Shown here: positions 42,036-52,994 of the stretch, piece by piece | Layout: each line of letters begins with the position of its first letter | How positions within the stretch are numbered: position 1 is the stretch's first letter | From: Clostridia bacterium | GTDB lineage: Bacteria; Bacillota; Clostridia; TANB77; CAG-508 | Direction: 5' to 3' | DNA: 64,000 nucleotides | Assembly: GCA_017524665.1 (NCBI GenBank) | Contig: JAFXVF010000016.1 | Span: forward strand, 140,087-204,086 | Translations under genes and position numbers: made by a program | The notes under the pieces: generated by a model | Told to the model about the DNA's origin: nothing | Seen by the model: only the letters and a program-made list of their open reading frames with translations | Databases searched by the model: none

Positions 42036-45000
42036 ATGGGTTTAAGAATCATATATGGCAGAGCAGGAAGTGGTAAGAGTGCATTCTGCTTTGAAGAAAT
42101 AAGCCAAAGAATTAAATATGAAGAAAAAATATATATGATTACTCCTGAGCAGTTTTCATTTACAGCAGAGCAAAAACTACTAAATGCAATTGAGACTGAA
42201 AGCAGTTTGAATGCAGAAGTAATAACATTTGGAAGATGCGCAAACAGAGTGATTTCAGAGGTGGGTGGATTAAAACAAAACCTAATTTCTGAGAACATCA
42301 AGAAAATGTTGATTTATGATATGCTTTTAAAAGGTGAGGAAAATCTTACTTTCTTAGGCAAAAATAAAGAAAATGTTGAACTCATTTCAGATACAATAAC
42401 AGAGTTAAAGAAGCACTGCGTGAAGTTAGATACGTTAAATAATGTTATAAACAAAGCAGAAGATCAAAGGCTAAAACTAAAACTTAAAGATATATCTTAC
42501 TGTTATGACAATTTTCAAATGCAAATGGGAGATAAATACATAGAGCCAAATGATATTTTAAGTATATTACCAGAAAAGCTAGAAAACAGCGATATGTTTA
42601 AAGGCTCAATAGTATATATTGATGAGTTTTCGGGTTTTACAACTCAAGAATATGAAATAATAAAAGTGCTTATAAAACAGGCTAAAGAAGTTACAATTAC
42701 AATAACAAGTGATGAATTAGAAAACCAAGATGAAACAGGATTGTTTTATTTAAATAACAAATCAGCAAAAAAGCTTAAAACCATTACTGAAGAAGAACAT
42801 GTAACATTTGAGACACCAGTTTTCTTAAAGGAACAATATAGATTTAAAAATGAAGAATTAAAACTTTTAGAAAAGAATTTGTATAATTATAAAAGCAAAG
42901 AAAGTATAGATATTCCAAGCCATATTCATATGTATATGGCTAAAAACCCGTATGAAGAAATAGAAAAGGTTGCAAGAGAAATAACAGATTTAGTAAAACA
43001 AAAAGAATACTCATATAATGATATTTCAGTTATAACAAAAGACACCGAAGAAAGTGGTGCTCTTATAAAGGCTATTTTTCGCTCATACGAAATCCCAAAT
43101 TTTATAGATGAGAAAAAAGACTTAACCCAAAATGTTCTTATAAAATTCTTATTGCTGGTACTAGAAATATTGGCTAAAGGTTGGACACAAGAAAATGTAT
43201 TAGCAAGTGTAAAGACAGACTTTTTCCCTATTACAGAAGATGAGGAATATGATTTAGAAAATTATGTTATATCATGGGGAATCAAAGGAAAGGCATGGTT
43301 TCAAAGTGACTGGACAAATGGATTTGATTCTGATGAAGATAAGACAAGAATGAACAACATAAGAACAAGAGTTGTAAATCCAATAATTACATTAAAAGAA
43401 CAGCTTGGAAGGCAGAAGACAGTTAAAGATATCTGTAAAAAAATATATGAGTTTTTAAAAGAGATAAATGTAGAAGAGACCTTACAAAATAAAATAAATG
43501 AACTAATGAAAATTGGAGAAGTCGAAATTGCAAAAGAGTATGCATCAAGTTTAGAGATGGTTGTAAGTATATTAGATGAAATGGCAGAAGTAATTGGAAA
43601 AAACCAAACTTCATTTGAAAAGTTCGCAGAGCTTATAAAAATTGGTTTTAGTGGCCATACCTTAGGTGCAATACCTGCAACCCTAGATCAAGTTATAATA
43701 GGAGACGTAGACAGAAGCAGAAGTCACAAGGTTAAAGCTGTATTTATTATTGGACTAAATGATGGAATATTCCCAAGCTATAGAAAAGAAGAAGGCTTTT
43801 TAAATGATACTGATAGACATGTTTTAGAAGACATGGGAATAGAGCTTGCAAAGGACAGTACACAAAACCTATATGAAGAACAGTTTTCTATATACAAAGC
43901 TTTTTCAACTGCTGAAGAAGAACTATATCTCTCATATCCTATAGCAGACAAAGATGGTTCAGCTATTAGACCTTCTAATCTCGTTTATAGAATTAAAAAG
44001 ATTTTTCCTGAGATAAAAGAAGAAAGTGAAATATTAAAAAAAGAAATTAAAATTGAAAATAAAAAAGCAACATTTGATAATCTTCTATATACAATTAAAG
44101 ACTTAAAACCAGGTGAAAAGCCAGATGAAACATGGCAAGCGGTTTACGAAATTTTCAGAGAAGATGATGAATGGAATGGCAAATTAAAAGCGGCATTGGA
44201 AGGACTAAAAGACACAAATTTGCCTGTAAAAATTGATAAATCTAACATAAAAAAACTTTATGGAAATGTATTGAAAACAAGTGTATCCAGACTTGAACAA
44301 TATAGAAGATGCCCGTTTTCATTCCATCTAAAATATGGATTAAAGCTACAAGAGCCTGCAGAGTTTAACTTAAAATCCATAAATACAGGAACATTTATGC
44401 ATGACGCAATAGAAAAGTTTTTTGATACTACTGAAGAAAGAGGCATAAACTACAAGGAGTTAGAGGAAAGAAAACTAGACGAAATTATTTCTGAGATTAT
44501 ACGTGATGAACTTAGCTTAAGTAAAAACCAAATATTTAATAGTAGTACAAAATTCCAAAGCCTAACCAAAAGATTAGAAAAAGTAATTCAAAAGGCAATT
44601 AAGTATATTATTGAACAACTTAAATATAGTGATTTTAAAATTAATGGAACAGAGATAGAGTTTTCAGATAAATCAGTGTATGAACCTATAAGACTGGAAC
44701 TAGACACAGGAGAAAAAATTGAGGTGACTGGAAAAATAGACAGAGTTGATATTGCACAAGATGACAGTGGAAAATATTTAAGAATAATCGATTATAAATC
44801 ATCTGCTAAAAATATTGACTTAGGAGAAGTTGTAGCAGGACTTCAAATACAACTGCTTACTTATTTAGACGCTGCAACTGATATAGAAAAAGCAATTCCT
44901 GCTGGAATATTTTATTTCGGACTTATTGATAGCATTATTGAATCAAAAAAAGATAAGACAGATGAAGAGATTGAACAAGAACTGAAAAAACAATTTAAAT

Positions 45001-45380
45001 TGAATGGAATACTTTTAGCGGATGTTCATGTTGCCAGAATGATGGATAATAAACTTGAAAGGGGTTCTTCTAATGTTATTCCAGCATACATTGATAAAGA
45101 TGGCCAACTTTCACTTAATCGTTCAAGTGTAGTTAATGAAGAACAGTTTAAGAATTTGCAAAAGCATACAAAAAAAATTATTAAACAAATTAGTAAAGAG
45201 ATATTAAGCGGTAATATCGATATTAAACCATATAAAAGTAAAAACAAAAGGACTACATGCGAGTTTTGCTCATACAAGAGTATTTGTACATTCTCACCAG
45301 AGAAAAAAGGCAATGATTATTTCCGAATAAAAGATATGGAAAAACAAGAAATACTTGAGAAAATAAAAAATGAAGAATAA
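42036..45380 (+). CDS. addB: ATP-dependent helicase/nuclease subunit B
   Basis: [30 protein letters not shown]...[27 protein letters not shown]. Confidence 0.92.
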   Translation: MGLRIIYGRAGSGKSAFCFEEISQRIKYEEKIYMITPEQFSFTAEQKLLNAIETESSLNAEVITFGRCANRVISEVGGLKQNLISENIKKMLIYDMLLKGEENLTFLGKNKENVELISDTITELKKHCVKLDTLNNVINKAEDQRLKLKLKDISYCYDNFQMQMGDKYIEPNDILSILPEKLENSDMFKGSIVYIDEFSGFTTQEYEIIKVLIKQAKEVTITITSDELENQDETGLFYLNNKSAKKLKTITEEEHVTFETPVFLKEQYRFKNEELKLLEKNLYNYKSKESIDIPSHIHMYMAKNPYEEIEKVAREITDLVKQKEYSYNDISVITKDTEESGALIKAIFRSYEIPNFIDEKKDLTQNVLIKFLLLVLEILAKGWTQENVLASVKTDFFPITEDEEYDLENYVISWGIKGKAWFQSDWTNGFDSDEDKTRMNNIRTRVVNPIITLKEQLGRQKTVKDICKKIYEFLKEINVEETLQNKINELMKIGEVEIAKEYASSLEMVVSILDEMAEVIGKNQTSFEKFAELIKIGFSGHTLGAIPATLDQVIIGDVDRSRSHKVKAVFIIGLNDGIFPSYRKEEGFLNDTDRHVLEDMGIELAKDSTQNLYEEQFSIYKAFSTAEEELYLSYPIADKDGSAIRPSNLVYRIKKIFPEIKEESEILKKEIKIENKKATFDNLLYTIKDLKPGEKPDETWQAVYEIFREDDEWNGKLKAALEGLKDTNLPVKIDKSNIKKLYGNVLKTSVSRLEQYRRCPFSFHLKYGLKLQEPAEFNLKSINTGTFMHDAIEKFFDTTEERGINYKELEERKLDEIISEIIRDELSLSKNQIFNSSTKFQSLTKRLEKVIQKAIKYIIEQLKYSDFKINGTEIEFSDKSVYEPIRLELDTGEKIEVTGKIDRVDIAQDDSGKYLRIIDYKSSAKNIDLGEVVAGLQIQLLTYLDAATDIEKAIPAGIFYFGLIDSIIESKKDKTDEEIEQELKKQFKLNGILLADVHVARMMDNKLERGSSNVIPAYIDKDGQLSLNRSSVVNEEQFKNLQKHTKKIIKQISKEILSGNIDIKPYKSKNKRTTCEFCSYKSICTFSPEKKGNDYFRIKDMEKQEILEKIKNEE

Positions 45381-45392
45381 AAAGGAGAAACT

Positions 45393-45947
45393 ATGATAGA
45401 AACATGGGAACAATTGGAAGCAGAAGTTTCAAAGTGCAAAAAATGCAAATTATCTGAAAATAGAACTAATACTGTGCTTGGAGTTGGAAATAGACAAGCA
45501 GATATAATGTTTATAGGTGAAGGACCAGGAGCAGACGAAGACAGAGAAGGTGTTCCATTTGTTGGCAAAGCTGGAAAGCTCATGAACCAAGCACTAATTG
45601 GACTTGGAATAAACAGAGATGAATTGTATATTGCGAATGTTGTAAAATGCAGACCACCGGGAAACAGAAATCCTGAGACAGATGAAGCAAATGCTTGTAT
45701 TGATTATTTAAGAGCTCAAGTGATGCTAGTTAAGCCTAAAATAATAGTTTTACTAGGTAGTGTTGCACTAAAAAATATCCTTGGAGAAGAATATGGAATT
45801 ACAACATCAAGAGGAAAATGGATAGAAAAGAAGGGAATAATGTATATTGCAACTTGGCATCCGGCTGCATTATTAAGAGACGAAGCAAAAAAAATAGATT
45901 TTTGGAATGACCTAAAAGAAGTAATAAAGAAAGGAAAAGATTTATAG
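45393..45947 (+). CDS. Uracil-DNA glycosylase family 4
   Basis: [30 protein letters not shown]. Confidence 0.9.
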   Translation: MIETWEQLEAEVSKCKKCKLSENRTNTVLGVGNRQADIMFIGEGPGADEDREGVPFVGKAGKLMNQALIGLGINRDELYIANVVKCRPPGNRNPETDEANACIDYLRAQVMLVKPKIIVLLGSVALKNILGEEYGITTSRGKWIEKKGIMYIATWHPAALLRDEAKKIDFWNDLKEVIKKGKDL

Positions 45948-47183
45948 ATGGATGATTTACAAGAGAAAGTCGAATATTGTTTAAATTGTCAGAATAAACC
46001 ATGTGTTTCAGGATGCCCGCTTGGCAACAATATTCCAGAATTCATAAAATTAGTAAAAGAACAAAAATATGAGGAAGCTTATGACATTTTAAGTAAGACA
46101 ACTGTAATGCCATTTATATGTGGAAAAATATGTCCAAAATCAGCTCAATGCCAAGGTAAGTGTACTCGTGGAATAAAGCAAACTCCAGTTTTAATAGGAG
46201 AAATTGAAAATACAATTGGAGAATTAGCTATAAACAATAAATGGAATTTAAAATTGCATGCGTCTAGACAAAATGGAAAAGAAGTTGCGATAGTTGGTGC
46301 TGGACCAGCAGGAATTACAGCAGCGATAAACCTAGCCCAAAAGGGATTTGAGATTACTGTTTATGAAAAAAGGGAAAAGATAGGTGGAATATTAAGATAT
46401 GGAATACCAGATTTTAGACTAGACAAAAAATACATCGATGCATTAGAAGAACAACTAATAAGCTTAAATGTTAGAATTGTCTTAAACCGTACATTAGGAG
46501 AAAATATAAATATTGAAGAATTAATAAGAAAATATGATGCAGTACTTTTATGTATAGGTGCAAATTCATCTTGCAAGATGGGAATTCCGGGAGAAAACAT
46601 GGAGCACGTTTTAGGTGCAAATGAATTACTAGAATATAATAAACATCCAAATTACAATGGAAAAAAAGTAATTGTAATTGGCGGTGGTAATGTTGCAATG
46701 GATGCTAGCAGAGAAATAAATCATTTGGGAGCAAAAAAAGTTACAGTAGTATATAGAAGGCAAAGAGAACAAATGCCAGCAGAACCTAAGGAAATAGAAG
46801 AAGCGGAGGCAGAGGGAATCAACTTTTTATTTAAAACAAATGTCAAAGAAATAAAAAAAGATAAAGCAATATGTACTAAAAATGAATTAATAAAAAAGGA
46901 AGGAGAAAATCGCTTATCACCAGTAGAAATAGCAAATAGCGAATTTGAAATGGATGCGGATTATGTAATAATGGCAATTGGATCAAAATTAAATTCAAAG
47001 GGACTTGATGGAGTTAATTTAACTCCAAAAGGATACATAAATGTAGACGAAAATTACAAAACAAATATAAATAACGTATATGCCTGCGGAGATACGGCAG
47101 GAGGCATTGCGACGGTTGCATTTGCTAGTAAAACTGGCAGAGAAGCGGCAAATAAAATCGCTGAAAGCCTTAATATAAGTTAA
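45948..47183 (+). CDS. GltD/SudA-like FAD and Fe-S oxidoreductase
   Basis: CLNCQNKPCVSGCP, CGKICP...C, GAGPAG, YGIPDFRL, GGGNVAMD, YRR. Confidence 0.85.
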   Translation: MDDLQEKVEYCLNCQNKPCVSGCPLGNNIPEFIKLVKEQKYEEAYDILSKTTVMPFICGKICPKSAQCQGKCTRGIKQTPVLIGEIENTIGELAINNKWNLKLHASRQNGKEVAIVGAGPAGITAAINLAQKGFEITVYEKREKIGGILRYGIPDFRLDKKYIDALEEQLISLNVRIVLNRTLGENINIEELIRKYDAVLLCIGANSSCKMGIPGENMEHVLGANELLEYNKHPNYNGKKVIVIGGGNVAMDASREINHLGAKKVTVVYRRQREQMPAEPKEIEEAEAEGINFLFKTNVKEIKKDKAICTKNELIKKEGENRLSPVEIANSEFEMDADYVIMAIGSKLNSKGLDGVNLTPKGYINVDENYKTNINNVYACGDTAGGIATVAFASKTGREAANKIAESLNIS

Positions 47184-47406
47184 AGTCGAAAAAATGACAA
47201 TAAAAATGCTTTTTCTAAAATTAATTTAACAAATACTAAAATGACATGAAAATGTAATAAAAAGCCACGAAAAGTGCTTCCGTAAGCATAAAACTAATAT
47301 TTTAAATAATGCTTAGAAAAGTTGTATTGACAACACCTAAATAAAGCTATACTCTTTATTTAGGTGTATTTTTATATGCATCTAATAATAAGAAGGGTAG
47401 CAAGAT

Positions 47407-49885
47407 ATGAAGACAAAGAAATTATTTATCAAATTGATTTTACTAACTTTAATATCATTAGTTACTATTGGTACGAATAACATTGCTAGAGCTGAAGATT
47501 ATCAATTTGAAGTAAGAGGAATAAGTGAGAAATATATTGAATGGACAAATTTACCGGATGAAGAACAAGAAAATACAATTGAACCGTTTATAAACACAAA
47601 AAACATATCCGATAAGTTACAAGCTGGTTACCAAATAAGATTCAATATGTTAGGTGGAACAACAAGTGCTAAGTATGACCTAAGAGATAGCATTAAACTT
47701 AAGGTTAAAGACCAAAAAAATACTGAGCAATGTTGGGCTTTCTCAACGACTACCCAGCTAGAAAGCTATTATGCAAAAGTTAATAATAAAACTATAGAAT
47801 TTTCGCCAAGACATATAGAATACTCGACAGCAAAAACTTTTTCTGACGGCATCAATCCGAACGGGCATAATAGAGAAGTAAATGATGGAGGGAATGCATC
47901 AATTGCATATGCGTATTTAACAAGTGGAAGGGGGCCAGTGCTTGAAGAGGATATGCCATTTGTTAACACAATAGCAAGAATAGCCTTATCAGAAATTAAA
48001 GACAAAAACGTACAATGCCAATTAGAAGAATTTATAAAATTTCCGCAAATATACAAAGAAAAAGTTGGAAGTACAATTACTTACTCAAACGGAGAAACAG
48101 GTTCGGATAGAGTAGTATATACAAATGCACAGGTTAATGTTATAAGAAATCAAATTAAAGAGCATGTTGCTAAATATGGCGGAGTTTCAGCATTAACAGC
48201 GGCATCGAAATCCGAATATTATTCAAATCCTCAAAGGAGAGAACTATCAGCAGCATACTACTGTGACAACCCATCAGTTTCCGCAGATCATCAAGTTACA
48301 ATAATAGGATGGGATGATAATTATTCTGTTACAAATTTTAATTCTGAACATAGACCTACAAGTCCAGGAGCATGGCTAGTACAAAATTCTCATGGTAATT
48401 ATTATGACAATGGCACTCTATACATTTCGTATGAAGATGTATTAGTTGAGCAAGCTATGGCAGGTATTATAAGTTTAAGTGACATAGACTATGATTATAT
48501 ATACCAATATGATATACTAGGTTCAGCCATGAGCATTACGATGGGCACCTATTCAGAAGTATATGCAGCGAACGTTTTTGGAAAAAGCGATAAAACAGAG
48601 TACCTTACAGAAATAGGTATAGCTACTGCACCTGATGAGGATAGTTCATACGAGGTATATGTTAACCCAGATAGTGGAGAACTAGATTCTTTAAAATATG
48701 TTAAGGTAAAAACACTTACAAATATTACATCAGACTATGTTACAGTAAAACCTACAAATCCAATAAAACTTACAGGAGATTCATTTGCAGTTATAGTTAA
48801 ATATACTGGCAAAAACGGAGGACAGGCATTTGTTCCTATAGAAGCTAAAATGACGTATGTGTATAATAGCGCATATAATACTGCAACTAGCAATCCAGGA
48901 GAATCATATGTGTCAAGTAATACAATAGATTGGCTTGATATGTATAACGCGAATATGACACAGGTAGAAAATATAAATACATGCATAAAAGCATTTACAC
49001 AAGTGGACAAAGAAAATCCAGTATTAAAAGTAAGCTATAGCCCAGAAGGGCCAACTAATAAAAATGTTACTGTAACAATAACATCAGACGAAAAAATTCA
49101 AGCTGTTCCAGGCTGGACACTTTCATCTGACAAGAAAAAAATAACTAAAACATTTGCCAACAATGGAAGCGAACAAGTAACTGTAACTGATTTGTCAAAT
49201 AATAAAAGTACAACAACAGTTACAGTTACAGGGATTGATAAAATTCCGCCAACAGCTCAAGTAACATACAGTACTAAAGAAGCCACAAATAAAGATGTTA
49301 CAGCAACCATTACTTCTAACGAAGAATTGCAGAATTTAACTGGCTGGACGCTATCTACAAACAAAAAATCAATGACAAAAACATATACAAAAAATACAAC
49401 AGAAAACATAAGTGTTTATGACTTAGCAGGAAATAGCAAGACTCTAAGCGTTTCTATTTCAAATATTGACAAGGTATTACCTGAAATTTTAAATGTAAAG
49501 AATGGTGAAAAATATTCGAGTCAAGTTACTCCAATTTCTAAGGATAATAATTTAGATAAAGTTGAACTATACAAAAATGGAGTAAAGGTAATTACCTATA
49601 AAAATGGAGACTTAATTAAAGATGCTGGAGAGTACGAAATAATTGCTACTGATAAAGCAAAGAATGTAACAAAAGTTAAATTTAGCATTATAGAAAAAAT
49701 AAAAGGTGATGTAAATGGAGATAAGAAACTTACTATTACCGATTTGCTGCTAGTTAAGAGATATATGGTAAAACTTGTAAAATTTACAAATGAGCAAATT
49801 TCCATAGGAGATATGAACCGGAGATGGCAAAATCTCACCAACTGACCTGATGACAATAAAGAGAAAACTTATAGGATTAAAATAA
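47407..49885 (+). CDS. Secreted C1A (papain-family) peptidase with lectin-like and Ig-like domains and a C-terminal dockerin; +1 shift at CGG 49819
   Basis: QKNTEQCWAFS (Cys), DHQVTIIGW (His), VQNSHG (Asn); GDVNGDKKLTITDL...GDMN(c)GDGKISPTDL; stop at 49885. Confidence 0.85.
49819..49822 (+). other. In-frame CGG-A +1 recoding site
   Basis: AAC CGG A restores the DxNGDG calcium-binding loop. Confidence 0.85.
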
Positions 49886-49898
49886 AGGAGGAAAATAT

Positions 49899-50620
49899 AT
49901 GAAAAAAGTATTTGCAATGTTTTTAATTATGATAATAGTAGTATTATTACCTTTTAACAAATCATTCGCAACAGGGACGTTCACACTAACGATTACACCA
50001 AACAAAACAGCAGTGAGAAGAGGAGGTACTGTGGAACTAACAGTAGCATTATCAAATGTAACTGCAACTGGAGGAATAGCAGGTTTAATTGGAAAATTAG
50101 AATATGATCATTCAGTTTTTGAAAAAATCGAATTAATCGAAGTAGATAATACCATAATTGCAAATGGAATTGTAACAGGAGAAAATTGGGAAACAATTTC
50201 ATATAATGATGGATCACAAGTAGCAGCTAAAGAGGGAATGTTTGTTACAAATACATCAGGAGGAACAGGACTAACAACTGGTGCAACAGTTATGACCATT
50301 ACATTAAAAGTATTAAGCACAGCGACAATAGGAGCAACGACGGTTAGAATATCACAACTAGTTGGCAGTGACGGAAGCACAGATATAACAATTGCAAACC
50401 CGATTAGTGTGGCGATTAATATAGAAGAACGGAGTACAAGGAGACGTTAATGGGGATGGAAAACTAAGCATTACTGATTTAATACTTGTAAAAAGAAAAA
50501 TTATTAACATGATTACATTTACAGATGAACAGACAATTGCTGGAGATATGGATCGGAAATGGAAATGTTTCACTAACTGACTTAGTGAAAATAAAGAAAA
50601 AACTTATAGGATTAGATTAA
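49899..50620 (+). CDS. Secreted cohesin-like plus dockerin adaptor, about 239 aa, two +1 shifts (CGG 50430 and 50554)
   Basis: Signal peptide; cohesin-like domain; EE(c)GVQGDVNGDGKLSITDL...GDMD(c)GNGNVSLTDLVKIKKKLIGLD stop at 50620. Confidence 0.8.
50430..50433 (+). other. In-frame CGG-A +1 recoding site
   Basis: GAA CGG A opens the dockerin frame. Confidence 0.8.
50554..50557 (+). other. In-frame CGG-A +1 recoding site
   Basis: GAT CGG A in the second dockerin repeat. Confidence 0.8.
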
Positions 50621-50627
50621 TAAAATA

Positions 50628-50660
50628 AAAAGAAGGAGTTTTAATAACTCCTTCTTTTTG
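50628..50660. terminator. Bidirectional terminator
   Basis: AAAAGAAGGAGTT-TTAAT-AACTCCTTCTTTT. Confidence 0.75.
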
Positions 50661-51745
50661 AAAATATTCCAAATGAAACAACTTTACGGAAGAATGCAAA
50701 TACTTTATTATATTTTTGAGGTACTATTAATTCTTGAGAAAGTGTTTGCACATAATTGTATGGGCCATGCTCTTGAATATATGAGGCTTTTTCATCTAAT
50801 ACTTCCATTAGATGCCTATAGAATTCATTGTAATATGAATAAGTAGAATTTGTAGCAATTAGGTTTTTAAAATTATATGCTTTATTCTTTAATAATTTAA
50901 TATCCGTTAAATTGTGAACGTTTTCAACTTCTTTAGAAAAACATACTGAAATAATTTCGTTTTGGCATTTTAAAAATAAATCTGCGATTTTATTTTTAGT
51001 ATTGACTATGGCCGAATTAATTTTTTTAACTTTCCTTACATTTCCGTCTGAATACTTAAGATCTTCAAAATACATAGCTAAATAGTTTTCAAGGTCAAGC
51101 ATTTTATCTAAATTTAATTCAATTTTTTTGTATGTTTTTTTATCTGAAATGGCAATAAATGTATTCTTAAAAATATCATTACCATTTATAGTGCTATGAA
51201 ACAATGGATAAGTACCTGTAAAGTATGACATTTGCCTTATTATTGCACATTCTAATGGATAGCAATCTATGCTATTTGATGGGATTGATAATCCATAATA
51301 AGTTGCATCTAGAATAGGTTTATCTAGGGCGGTTACTGTCATCAATTGAACAGCAGCTTCGTTAATTGCCATTCCCTGTCCTTCTTCAAAATTATATAAT
51401 CCTAACCTAATTAAATTACCATTTTCATCTTTTACTTCTTGTAAATAATGAATACATTCGTGTAATGCAAATGAATCAACACTATCAAGAGGAAAATCAA
51501 TGTTAAAATACATAGAATTATCTTTATAATAATACTTTGCTCCGCAAAGTGCATCTGTCATTTTTGCTAAATACATATCTAATCTAGATAGACTTGTAAA
51601 AAGATCAGTACGAGAAAAACCATGCTCTGGGAAAGCAGTGCATAGCTTATCAGTGATTTTCTGCGCAATGGAATTAACTTTTATAGTATCAATTTTTTTT
51701 ATTATATCGATACCTTCTTTTTTTAATGCTAAACCGTGTACTCAT
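50641..51745 (-). CDS. HExxH (zincin-like) hypothetical protein, about 367 aa, +1 shift at codon 4
   Basis: SD AAGGAG 6 nt before ATG 51745; ATG AGT ACA (C)GGT TTA is open into ORF 50641..51576; ALHECIH and downstream INEAAV. Confidence 0.75.
51733..51736 (-). other. In-frame CGG-T +1 recoding site (minus strand)
   Basis: Links the SD-bearing ATG to a 364-codon open frame. Confidence 0.75.
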
Positions 51746-51823
51746 TTGCATCTCCTTACAATTTTATATACTTTATTATACATGAAAAATAGGGGCATAA
51801 CATTTCACAATTATTAAATATTT

Positions 51824-51840
51824 ATTACAATTATGTTACA
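51824..51840. promoter_or_regulatory. TGTWAH-N5-TGTWAH direct repeat in a divergent intergenic region
   Basis: Minus strand TGTAAC-ATAAT-TGTAAT. Confidence 0.45.
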
Positions 51841-52002
51841 AAAACGTAAGTACTATCCGATAAAACCCGCACAAATAGCGGGCTTGAAGACAAAGGCTAC
51901 AATTTTCATAGGGATTTACAAAAAAATAAAAAAAGAATATACTTAAAGCACAATAACTTAAAACAACATTATTCTATTTAGAATATAAAAAAGGAGACAC
52001 GT

Positions 52003-52902
52003 ATGAAAAAGAAATTATATGTTACAATTATTTTAATTATTGTGTTAACAGCGCTATCTTTAGGAAATTCATTTGCTGCTAGCCCATTTGCATTAAAAAT
52101 TACAGCAGACAAAACTACTGTAAAACAAGGAGATACTGTTAAATTAACTGTATCACTTTCTAATGTTACAGTTGAAGATGGTATAGGAGCATTAACTGGT
52201 GTAATGAAATATGATACAGAAGTCTTTGAAAAGATTGAATTAGATGAAACGGGAATGGCTGAAGAAATAGAAAATGCAAAAGGATGGGAATCAATTAATT
52301 ATAATGATGGAAGTCAATCAGCAGCTGATGCAGGAATATTCCTAACAAATACTTCATCAGGAATGGGAGTAAAAAAAGATGCTCCAGTTATGTACGTTAC
52401 TCTAAAAGTTCGTAGTACAGCAAAAGATGGAAACACAACAATTACTTTATCTAACATTGTAGGTAGTGATTCAAATCAAGATTTAGAAGCACAAAATACT
52501 AGTATAAATATTAAAATCGGAAGCGGAAAAACAGAAGGAAACAATACAACAAATGATACAACTAAGAACAACACAACAACAAATAATGACACAACAAAAA
52601 ACAACACAACAACAAATAATGACACAACAAAAAACAATACAACAAAGAACAATGATACAACAAAAAACGACGCAACAAAAAATGACACGACAAAAAATGA
52701 AGCAACAACAAATAATACATCCACAGCAAACGAAAATACTAATAAGTCAGCAAGCAATAGCTCAAGTAGCAAAACAAATAATACTACAGGAAAAACTCTT
52801 CCATATGCAGGAAACAGTGAAACTATATTATTGGCAGCATTGATAATTGCTTTTATTGCAGGTATTGCATTTATGAGATGTAAACAAATGAAAAATATTT
52901 AA
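52003..52902 (+). CDS. Sortase-anchored cohesin-like protein with Thr/Asn-rich stalk
   Basis: Signal peptide; cohesin-like domain; NDTTK repeats; LPYAG plus hydrophobic segment plus basic tail. Confidence 0.8.
   Translation: MKKKLYVTIILIIVLTALSLGNSFAASPFALKITADKTTVKQGDTVKLTVSLSNVTVEDGIGALTGVMKYDTEVFEKIELDETGMAEEIENAKGWESINYNDGSQSAADAGIFLTNTSSGMGVKKDAPVMYVTLKVRSTAKDGNTTITLSNIVGSDSNQDLEAQNTSINIKIGSGKTEGNNTTNDTTKNNTTTNNDTTKNNTTTNNDTTKNNTTKNNDTTKNDATKNDTTKNEATTNNTSTANENTNKSASNSSSSKTNNTTGKTLPYAGNSETILLAALIIAFIAGIAFMRCKQMKNI
52540..52710 (+). repeat. Coding tandem repeats (33-bp NDTTKNNTTTN x3, then 15-bp units)
   Basis: Seen directly in DNA and protein. Confidence 0.85.
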
Positions 52903-52994
52903 ATAGAATAATTAAAAAGAAGTATACTTAAGTATGCTTCTTTTTAGTTAAAAAAAAAGAATGGGACGTATGTTATACGTCCCATAATCAAATT

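Noticed and set aside
52540-52710. Tandem repeats as a CRISPR array
   Set aside because: In-frame coding repeats without unique spacers; no CRISPR array or cas gene found in the window.
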